From assembly GCA_002689245.1 (NCBI GenBank), contig NZFE01000023.1, positions 1 through 41,749 on the forward strand: a stretch of DNA of 41,749 nucleotides. The letters run 5' to 3'. A program made the translations under genes and the position numbers. This stretch comes from Candidatus Pelagibacter sp. Its GTDB lineage: Bacteria > Pseudomonadota > Alphaproteobacteria > Pelagibacterales > Pelagibacteraceae. Shown here piece after piece: positions 1 through 7,728 of the stretch. Below the pieces are notes generated by a model. That model saw only the letters and a list, made by a program, of their open reading frames with translations, was not told the DNA's origin and did not search any database. Position 1 is the first letter of the stretch, and each line of letters starts with the position of its first letter.

Positions 1-24
1 AATTTAATGTTATATTAAAATTTT

Positions 25-957
25 ATGATGAAAACTGCTTTATCTGTTGAAAACCTTTCAAAAGTATATTTACGAGACAAAAAAAAGGCTACTGAGATAA
101 ATGCATTGAATAATATTACTCTTGAAGTGAAGCAGGGTGAGATTTTTGGTTTATTGGGACCTAACGGAGCGGGGAAAACAACATTTTTGAGTATATTAGC
201 TGGCACAGTTGTCAAAACAAAGGGCAAGGTAAATGTATGGGGATTCGATCTTGATAAAAATCCAAGACAAGTAAGAGCGTCAATTGGAATAGTACCTCAA
301 GAAGTGAATTTAGATGCTTTTTTTAGTCCAAAAAAATTACTTGATTTGCAGGCAGGTCTTTATGGAATTAAAAATAGTCAAAAAATTACTGAGACGATTT
401 TAAAGCTAGTTTCATTAAGTGAACAAGCTAACAGTTATTCTAGAAATTTATCAGGAGGTATGAAAAGAAGATTATTAATTGCTAAGGCAATGGTTCACCA
501 GCCACCAATTCTAGTTTTGGATGAGCCAACTGCGGGAGTTGATGTTGAGTTGAGAAAAAATTTATGGGAAAATTTAAAAGAACTTAACAAAATAGGTGTT
601 ACAATAATTTTAACTACTCACTACCTCTTCGAGGCTCAAGAAATGTGTGACAGAATAGCAATTATTAATAAAGGTAATTTAGTAGCCTTAGATACAACAA
701 AGAAACTTTTAGAAAGAATAAAAACAAAAAAAATCACATTTAAACTTAAAGAATTTGACTCAAATCTGATACTCAAATTACCAAATGTAAAATTTTCAAT
801 TGAGTCGAAAGATTCAATTTTAGTAAATTATGAAAAAGAATCAATTGACTTCGAGCAACTAATAAATTATTTAAAAGAAAAAAACTTGAAAATACTTGAT
901 ATTTCAATAGACGAGGGTAACCTGGAAGATGTTTTTATCCAATTAACAAAAAACTAG
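25..957 (+). CDS. ABC transporter ATP-binding protein (YadG/DrrA-like exporter ATPase)
   Basis: Walker A GPNGAGKTT, signature LSGGMKRR, Walker B ILVLDEP, H-loop TTHY; C-terminal LEDVF motif typical of ABC-2 ATPases. Confidence 0.92.
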   Translation: MMKTALSVENLSKVYLRDKKKATEINALNNITLEVKQGEIFGLLGPNGAGKTTFLSILAGTVVKTKGKVNVWGFDLDKNPRQVRASIGIVPQEVNLDAFFSPKKLLDLQAGLYGIKNSQKITETILKLVSLSEQANSYSRNLSGGMKRRLLIAKAMVHQPPILVLDEPTAGVDVELRKNLWENLKELNKIGVTIILTTHYLFEAQEMCDRIAIINKGNLVALDTTKKLLERIKTKKITFKLKEFDSNLILKLPNVKFSIESKDSILVNYEKESIDFEQLINYLKEKNLKILDISIDEGNLEDVFIQLTKN

Positions 958-988
958 ATAATTTCTTAAAATAAAGGTAAATTAAATA

Positions 989-1552
989 ATGGAGTCGGTA
1001 AAAAATTTAAAACAAATAAAAATTTTAAAATATTTTTTTGTAATTTTAGTAAGTTCTATTCTACTAGCTATTTCAGCGAAATTAAAAATACCCTTTTATC
1101 CTGTTCCTATGACTATGCAGACGTTTATAGTACTTTTAATTGGTGTGTGCTTTGGTTGGAAATTAGGAGGTGCAATTATCTCTTTGTATTTATTAGAAGG
1201 TATAATTGGATTACCTGTTTTTTCAGGAACACCGGAAAAAGGCTTAGGCATAGTGTACTTTGTTGGGCCGACAATGGGATATCTACTAGGATTTGTATTT
1301 GCAGCAATGCTTAGCGGTATTTTTAAATTTGATAAAAATATTATTTTAAATTTTTTAAAGTTAGTTTTAAGTGTAAGTATTATTTATATTTTAGGGATAA
1401 TGTGGCTTGGGATACTAATAGGTTGGGATAAACCAATAATTAATTTAGGGGTTACACCCTTTTTATTAGCGGAGCTTTTTAAAATAACTTTGCTTTCTGT
1501 TATTATAACTTTATTTAACGATAAATTATCTGATTTTAAAAATTGGATTTAG
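989..1552 (+). CDS. bioY: Biotin transporter BioY (ECF S-component)
   Basis: PVPMTMQT, GLPVFS and GPTMGYLLGF motifs; hydrophobic throughout. Confidence 0.92.
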   Translation: MESVKNLKQIKILKYFFVILVSSILLAISAKLKIPFYPVPMTMQTFIVLLIGVCFGWKLGGAIISLYLLEGIIGLPVFSGTPEKGLGIVYFVGPTMGYLLGFVFAAMLSGIFKFDKNIILNFLKLVLSVSIIYILGIMWLGILIGWDKPIINLGVTPFLLAELFKITLLSVIITLFNDKLSDFKNWI

Positions 1553-1554
1553 GT

Positions 1555-2127
1555 TTATCTTGGTGATCTTTTAGATAAAATCCTTTGCAACGTTCTTCTG
1601 TGCATTTTTAAACGTCTAGCGGTTTCAGAGACATTTCTGTTACATAACTCAAAAACCCTATGAATATGTTCCCATTTTACTCTATCAGCTGACATTGGAT
1701 TTTCAGGTGGTTTGGCTTTTGATTCTGGCGCAGCTAATAAAGCTGACTCTACATCATCTGCATCAACTGGTTTAGCTATATAATCTATAGCACCTGCTTT
1801 TACAGCTGCCACAGCGGTAGGTAAGTTTCCATAGCCAGTAAGCATCACAATACGAGCATCTGGCTTATTTTTAGAGAGCTCTTTAATGACATCTAGACCG
1901 TTTCCATCTTCAAGCCTAAGGTCTACAACTGCAAAATTTGGAGGTGATTTTTTTACTATTTCTAGCCCCTCAACCACTGTTTTTGCCTCTTTGACCATAA
2001 AGCCCTTTTTCTCCATTGCTCTTGATAATCTTCCTCTTAAGGGATCGTCATCGTCTAAAATTAACAAGGATTTATCTTGAAAATCACTTAGATTCAGTTG
2101 CGGAGTTTGTAGATTTGTCTTCCTCAT
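1555..2127 (-). CDS. regA: RegA/PrrA/ActR redox response regulator
   Basis: Receiver domain (LDDD, VVDLRL, LTGYG, KP) and the near-invariant C-terminus PPENPMSADRVKWEHIHRVFELCNRNVSETARRLKMHRRTLQRIL. Confidence 0.96.
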   Translation of the reverse strand: MRKTNLQTPQLNLSDFQDKSLLILDDDDPLRGRLSRAMEKKGFMVKEAKTVVEGLEIVKKSPPNFAVVDLRLEDGNGLDVIKELSKNKPDARIVMLTGYGNLPTAVAAVKAGAIDYIAKPVDADDVESALLAAPESKAKPPENPMSADRVKWEHIHRVFELCNRNVSETARRLKMHRRTLQRILSKRSPR

Positions 2128-2246
2128 GAGTACTCATATGGGTGCTCTAATGCTGATTTCAACCCCACTCCGAAAGAGATTTTATGAATAGAGCTATGCA
2201 TTTTTCTCTTTACATAAGGTGAAAAAAACCCTAAATGCGGTCTGTT

Positions 2247-2302
2247 AAGAGTTTTTTATAAATTTTTTGAAAACTCTTTTGTGTTAATAAATGGGGAACA
2301 CA
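2247..2302 (+). promoter_or_regulatory. Structured 5' leader of the polyamine operon (two hairpins)
   Basis: AAGAGTTTT(2247-2255)/AAAACTCTT(2270-2278) stem followed by TT; TGTGTT(2280-2285)/AACACA(2297-2302) stem enclosing the GGGG of the SD-like GGGGA. Confidence 0.4.
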
Positions 2303-2306
2303 TTAA

Positions 2307-3485
2307 ATGCAAAAATTTAGCAACGTTAACGAGGTAGTTAACACACTTAAACCAGTAAATCCTATATACTGTATACGCCCAGATACCATAAAAAATTCTG
2401 TAAAAGTCTTTAAGGATAACTTTCCAGGCAAAATTTTATATGCAGTTAAAACTAATCCTAATGAATATGTGCTTAAACATATCATAAAAAACGGTGTAGA
2501 TAGATTTGATGTTGCTTCAATAAATGAAGTTAAACTAATTAGAAAACTAAGTCCAAAATCAAAATTATATTTTATGCATCCCATTAAAAGCAGAGAAGAT
2601 ATTTCATCAGCATATTTTGATTATAATGTAAAAGATTTTTCTCTAGACACAAAAGAAGAATTAATGAAAATATTGGAGTCTACTAAAAATGCAAAAGATT
2701 TAAATTTATTTGTAAGAGTTGCAGTTTCTAACGAACACGCAGAATTAGATCTATCTAGAAAATTTGGTGCTTTAACAAGTGAAGCTCTAGGTTTAGTAAG
2801 ACTATGTAAACAACATGCAAAAAAACTGGGCATAAGCTTTCATGTTGGTTCTCAATGTATGCACAAAATTTCTTTTTCAAAAGGACTTAAAGAAATATCA
2901 AATATAATTAAAAAAACAAAAATCATTCCAGATACTATTAATGTAGGCGGAGGGTTCCCTTCTATCTATCCAGATTTAAAACCTGAGCCGTTGGAAAATT
3001 ATTTTAACGAAATTAAAATAGGGTTGAACAATTTAAAACTCGAAAAAATGCCTGAAGTTATTTGTGAACCTGGTAGAGCCTTAGTAGCTGAAAGTGGTTC
3101 AACTATTGTAAGGGTTAATTTAAGAAAAAAAAACAAACTTTATTTAAACGATGGAACCTATGGATCTTTGTTTGACGCCGGTGTTCCTAATTTCATATTA
3201 CCCACAAGGATGATTACTAATGGACGAATTCAATCAAAAAAAATAACTGCTTTTCAATTCTATGGTCCGACATGTGATAGTTTGGATTACATGAAAGGAC
3301 CCTTTTTATTACCCAACAATATTAAAGAAGGTGATTATATTGAATTAGGTCAGTTAGGGGCTTATGGACTAACTTTTAGGACAAAATTTAATGGTTTTTA
3401 TTCGGACACTATTGTTGAGCTCAATGACAAACCCATAATGTCATTATACAATGATACTGGTAAAATTAATTACTTAGTAGCCTAA
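2307..3485 (+). CDS. Fold-type III PLP-dependent ornithine/lysine/arginine decarboxylase
   Basis: YAVKTN (PLP lysine), FDVAS, SFHVGSQ, NVGGGF, CEPGR, GPTCDSLD and GAYG motifs. Confidence 0.92.
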   Translation: MQKFSNVNEVVNTLKPVNPIYCIRPDTIKNSVKVFKDNFPGKILYAVKTNPNEYVLKHIIKNGVDRFDVASINEVKLIRKLSPKSKLYFMHPIKSREDISSAYFDYNVKDFSLDTKEELMKILESTKNAKDLNLFVRVAVSNEHAELDLSRKFGALTSEALGLVRLCKQHAKKLGISFHVGSQCMHKISFSKGLKEISNIIKKTKIIPDTINVGGGFPSIYPDLKPEPLENYFNEIKIGLNNLKLEKMPEVICEPGRALVAESGSTIVRVNLRKKNKLYLNDGTYGSLFDAGVPNFILPTRMITNGRIQSKKITAFQFYGPTCDSLDYMKGPFLLPNNIKEGDYIELGQLGAYGLTFRTKFNGFYSDTIVELNDKPIMSLYNDTGKINYLVA

Positions 3486-4528
3486 TGAATAAAAAAAATA
3501 GTTCTGCTGTAGGGCATAATAAAAAATCATTTTTAAATAAACCTATTGAACACATAGACATAACAAAATTTGATGCTCGTGAAATTATGGACTCTATGGG
3601 TAAAATGTCATTTACATCAAGGGATACAGCTAATGCTTCAAAAATATTTAATGAGATGATTGAAGATCAATCATGTTCAATTTTTTTGACATTAGCAGGT
3701 TCTACATCAGCTGGAGGTTGTATGAAATTGTATTCAGATCTAGTTAAATATAACATGGTAGATGCAATTGTAGCTACTGGTGCTTCAATAGTGGATATGG
3801 ATTTTTTTGAGGCTCTTGGATTTAAACATTACCAAGGATCACAATTTGAAGATGATACTAAATTAAGAGAAAATTACGTTGATAGGATATACGATACCTA
3901 TATTGATGAGGAAGAGCTGCAAGCATGTGATCAAAAAGTATGTGATATTGCAAATTCTTTAGAGCCTAAAACTTATACTTCAAGAGAATTTATATACGAA
4001 ATGGGAAAATACTTAAAAAAAAATTCCAAAAAGAAAGATTCTTTAATCGAAACAGCCTATGATAACAATGTTCCAATTTTTTGCCCTGCCTTTACAGATA
4101 GTTCGGCTGGTTTTGGATTGGTTATGCATCAGGAACAAAATCCTAAAAAACACCTTACAATAGACTCTATTAGAGAATTTAGAGAATTAACCGAAATCAA
4201 ACTTAAATCAAAGCAATCTGGTTTGCTAATGGTTGGCGGTGGAGTACCAAAGAATTTTGTACAGGACACAGTTGTATGTGCAGAACTACTTGGTAAGAAA
4301 GTTGATATGCATAAATATGCTATTCAGATAACTGTGGCTGATACTAGAGATGGTGCTTGTAGCAGCTCAACTTTGAAGGAAGCAAGTTCTTGGGGCAAAG
4401 TTGATGTGTCAAAAGAACAAATGGTTTTTGCAGAAGCTACAAGTGTTTTACCTTTAATTGCAAGTGACGCTTTTCATAGACAAAATTGGAAAAAAAGACA
4501 AAGAAGAAATTTTCATAAAATATTTTAA
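3485..4528 (+). CDS. Deoxyhypusine synthase-like protein (probable homospermidine synthase, SpeY/Dys-type)
   Basis: LRENYVDRIYD, PIFCPAFTDSS, GGGVPKN and EASSWGK (catalytic Lys) motifs; coupled to the upstream stop (TAATG). Confidence 0.9.
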   Translation: MNKKNSSAVGHNKKSFLNKPIEHIDITKFDAREIMDSMGKMSFTSRDTANASKIFNEMIEDQSCSIFLTLAGSTSAGGCMKLYSDLVKYNMVDAIVATGASIVDMDFFEALGFKHYQGSQFEDDTKLRENYVDRIYDTYIDEEELQACDQKVCDIANSLEPKTYTSREFIYEMGKYLKKNSKKKDSLIETAYDNNVPIFCPAFTDSSAGFGLVMHQEQNPKKHLTIDSIREFRELTEIKLKSKQSGLLMVGGGVPKNFVQDTVVCAELLGKKVDMHKYAIQITVADTRDGACSSSTLKEASSWGKVDVSKEQMVFAEATSVLPLIASDAFHRQNWKKRQRRNFHKIF

Positions 4529-4532
4529 TAAT

Positions 4533-5408
4533 ATGAAGAAAACAAGATTAGCACTAATACAGATGAAAATGTCATCTGATAAAGAGAAAAACTTATCTAA
4601 TGCAATTTCAAAGATTCACTCAGCGAAAAAAAAGGGCGCAAACATAGTTTGTGTACCAGAATTATTTTTAACAAACTATTTTTGCCAAGTTGAAAAGCAT
4701 TCTAATTTTAACTTAGCGGAGAGTATTCCAGGACCAACAACAGCTATTTTTTCATCTTTAGCAAAAGAATTAAATTTAATTTTACTTATCTCAGTCTTTG
4801 AAAAAAAAACGTCAGGCATTTATCATAATACGAGTGTTGTAATAAACGAAAATGGAAAAATTTTAGGGAAATATAGAAAAATGCATATACCTGACGACCC
4901 TCAATATTATGAGAAATTTTATTTTACTCCAGGAGATCTTGGTTTTAAATCTTTTAAAACAAAAAAAGGAAATTTAGGAACACTAATTTGTTGGGACCAA
5001 TGGTTTCCAGAAGCAGCAAGACTAACCGCTCTTAAAGGAGCAGAAATATTATTCTACCCAACTGCAATAGGTTGGCATCCAAGTGAAAAAAAAAAATTTG
5101 GTAAATCACAATTAGGATCTTGGTTAGCTGTACAAAGATCTCACGCTATTGCGAACGGGGTTTATGTTGCAGCAATTAATAGAGTAGGTGTAGAAAAACA
5201 AGGTAATAAAAAATTAGAGTTTTGGGGAAATAGTGTAGTATTTGATCCAAGTGGTAATATTATTAAAAAAGGTACTTTGAATGAGCAAGTTTTAGTTTGT
5301 GATATTGACTTAGAAAAAATAGATACTGTTAGAAGGCATTGGCCTTTTTTTAGAGACAGAAGAATTGACTCGTACAAAAACATTCTTAAAAATCCAAGTG
5401 ATGACTAA
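4533..5408 (+). CDS. aguB: N-carbamoylputrescine amidase (carbon-nitrogen hydrolase)
   Basis: Nitrilase triad PELF / YRKMHIPDDP / ICWDQWFPE, YEKFYFTPGD, YPTAIGW; ATG at 4533 preferred over the ORF-track start. Confidence 0.9.
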   Translation: MKKTRLALIQMKMSSDKEKNLSNAISKIHSAKKKGANIVCVPELFLTNYFCQVEKHSNFNLAESIPGPTTAIFSSLAKELNLILLISVFEKKTSGIYHNTSVVINENGKILGKYRKMHIPDDPQYYEKFYFTPGDLGFKSFKTKKGNLGTLICWDQWFPEAARLTALKGAEILFYPTAIGWHPSEKKKFGKSQLGSWLAVQRSHAIANGVYVAAINRVGVEKQGNKKLEFWGNSVVFDPSGNIIKKGTLNEQVLVCDIDLEKIDTVRRHWPFFRDRRIDSYKNILKNPSDD

Positions 5409-6447
5409 GTTTTCAATTTCTAAGAATTTATTAATGCCAGCGGAATGGGAAAAGCAAAAGTCGACGTGGATAGCTTGGCCTCATAACAAAAAAGATTGGC
5501 CTAATAAATTTGATCATATTCCACAAGTATTTGCTGAAATAATTTATCATATTTCTAATAGTCAAATGGTTAATATTCTTATCCAAAATAATTTATTAAA
5601 AAAAAAGGCAACTTTAATTTTAAAAAATTTTAAAGTAAATTTTTCTAATATTAAATTTACTGTATGCAAAACTGACAGAGTATGGTTAAGAGATTCATTT
5701 CCCATTTTTGTAAGATATAATAAAAGAAAAAAAATTTTAATAAATTGGGATTTTAATTCTTGGGCAAAATATAAAAACTTTAAACAGGATAATAATATAA
5801 TAAGTAAAATTAAAAAAATTTCAAAACTTCAATCAATTTCGCCTAAATTTAAAAAAAAGAAAGTTGTTCTAGAGGGAGGTGCAATAGATGTAAATGGGAA
5901 AGGAGCTCTCTTAACTACCGAAGAATGCCTTTTAAGTAGGGTTCAACAAAGAAATCCTGGATTAAAAAAACAAGATTATGAAAAACTATTTTATGATTAT
6001 TTTGGAATAAAAAAAGTTTTATGGCTTAAAAAAGGAATCGTAGGTGATGATACCCATGGCCATATAGATGATCTAGCTAGATTTGTTTCTGAAAAAACAA
6101 TATTTTTAGCTTGTGAAAGAAATAAAAAAGATATGAATTATAAAATACTTAGAGATAATTTCAAAATTATTAAAAAATTAGATGATTTTAAAAAATTCAA
6201 ATTTATCAAAATACCCATGCCAAAAGCAAAATATATCGAGGGTACTAGGGTTCCAGCTACATATCTTAACTTTTATATAGCTAATAAGATTGTGTTAGTG
6301 CCTACTTTTAAAGATAGAAATGACAAATTAGTTTTAGAAATTTTCAAAAAGCATTTTAAAAACAGAAAAATTATACCTATTGATTGTTCTATTCTTATTT
6401 GGGGATTCGGTGCTATACATTGTATGACCCAACAAGAACCTAAATAA
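5401..6447 (+). CDS. aguA: Agmatine deiminase
   Basis: MPAEWE, WLRD, LEGGAID, DDTHGHIDD, YLNFY and GAIHCMTQQEP motifs; ATG at 5401 overlaps the aguB end. Confidence 0.93.
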   Translation: MTKFSISKNLLMPAEWEKQKSTWIAWPHNKKDWPNKFDHIPQVFAEIIYHISNSQMVNILIQNNLLKKKATLILKNFKVNFSNIKFTVCKTDRVWLRDSFPIFVRYNKRKKILINWDFNSWAKYKNFKQDNNIISKIKKISKLQSISPKFKKKKVVLEGGAIDVNGKGALLTTEECLLSRVQQRNPGLKKQDYEKLFYDYFGIKKVLWLKKGIVGDDTHGHIDDLARFVSEKTIFLACERNKKDMNYKILRDNFKIIKKLDDFKKFKFIKIPMPKAKYIEGTRVPATYLNFYIANKIVLVPTFKDRNDKLVLEIFKKHFKNRKIIPIDCSILIWGFGAIHCMTQQEPK

Positions 6448-7723
6448 TTAAATCGTTTATTCTCCACTTAATTTTAACTTTAGCTCCATTTAAGGAACTA
6501 TTATTTTCAAAATATATAACTGCTGACTGTCTCTCCAGTAAAGTTTTGCCTAAGAAAGTTCCTAACCCTAATCCTGCATTATTTTTGAACAGGTTTGATC
6601 TTGACCTAATATAAGGTTCTCCTAAAGCTTTCATAATATCTTCTGGAAAACCTGGGCCATCATCTTCAATTGAAATATACAAATTAATGTTATCACTAAC
6701 AATAGATATAAGTATATTCTGATTTGCAAATTTTACTGCGTTACCGATAAAATTCCTTAAGCCATATACAAGCTCAGGATTTCTTTTAATGTCTATTTTA
6801 TTAATGTCTTTATCTGTATTTAAAATAATATTTTTTTCAGATGATTCTTTGAAAGATTTAATTATTTCCTCTAATAAATCCTCAAAACTCATGGAGCTCA
6901 GAAATTCATCGTTAATTATTTTTTTTTGTGAAATATTTTTCAAAATTTCACTGCATCTTTTAGTCTGACTTATTAGTAAGTCTATATCTTTAGTGAGTTT
7001 TGAATTATCTCCGACTTCTTTTCTCATCTCTTTAGAAACTACAGATATTGTGGCTAATGGTGTGCCTAAGGAGTGAGCTGCAGCAGCAGCCTGACCTCCT
7101 AATGACTCTAATTCATACTCTTTTGCTAGAATTTGTTGAAGTTTGTTAAGTGCGTCTGATCTTTTTTTTGTTTCGCCTGCAAATCGAATGCCAAAATAAC
7201 TTAAAAAGACAAGACCAATTATTAAAGAAATTAAGATTCCTGTCACGTAATAGTTTGGAAATGATAAAATATATTCTTCCATCCCAGGTAATGGTAAGTT
7301 AAAAAAAGTTAGAATAAAAAGTAAAATTATCGTAGATGATCCAAGTATAATTGTGCTTCCCATACTTAAAAAAGTTGAAGACACAATTGTTGGAACAATT
7401 AGGAGTATAGCAAAGGGATTAAATATTCCACCTGTTAAGAATAATAAAATACTTAATTGTATTATATCGTACATCAAAAAAGAGCTTGAATATAAATCTT
7501 TTAGTAGATTAGCTTTAAGTCCAAATTGTAAATAGATATTAGTTAACAGACCAACAAGAATAATCACATGACAGAGTATTATTGGAAAGTTTAAATCTAG
7601 AAAAAAAAATACTAAATTTACTGAAAATAATTGCCCAAATAATGCAATCCATCTTAAAAAAACTAGTGTCTTTTTATCTAAATTAAGGTTTTCGTCTAAC
7701 CTGAAAATAGTAGCAAAATCCAT
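6440..7723 (-). CDS. regB: RegB/PrrB/ActS sensor histidine kinase
   Basis: LRWIALFGQ, quinone-site GGIFNPF, H-box AAAAAHSLGTPLATI, redox Cys in KRCSEIL, NAVKF, DDGPGF, GLGLG. Confidence 0.94.
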   Translation of the reverse strand: MDFATIFRLDENLNLDKKTLVFLRWIALFGQLFSVNLVFFFLDLNFPIILCHVIILVGLLTNIYLQFGLKANLLKDLYSSSFLMYDIIQLSILLFLTGGIFNPFAILLIVPTIVSSTFLSMGSTIILGSSTIILLFILTFFNLPLPGMEEYILSFPNYYVTGILISLIIGLVFLSYFGIRFAGETKKRSDALNKLQQILAKEYELESLGGQAAAAAHSLGTPLATISVVSKEMRKEVGDNSKLTKDIDLLISQTKRCSEILKNISQKKIINDEFLSSMSFEDLLEEIIKSFKESSEKNIILNTDKDINKIDIKRNPELVYGLRNFIGNAVKFANQNILISIVSDNINLYISIEDDGPGFPEDIMKALGEPYIRSRSNLFKNNAGLGLGTFLGKTLLERQSAVIYFENNSSLNGAKVKIKWRINDLII

Positions 7724-7728
7724 GATTA

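Noticed and set aside
25-1552. ABC ATPase and bioY as a BioM-BioY ECF transporter
   Set aside because: The ATPase is ABC-2 exporter type with a C-terminal extension, and no BioN/T component is present; BioY is probably solitary
2126-2137. Perfect 12-bp palindrome ATGAGTACTCAT at the regA start
   Set aside because: Single copy with no recognised motif; the alternative ATG at 2137 gives only a 17-aa out-of-frame peptide
2235-2261. Possible leader peptide MRSVKSFL upstream of the decarboxylase
   Set aside because: No SD, it overlaps the presumed -10 region, and it does not resemble known arrest peptides
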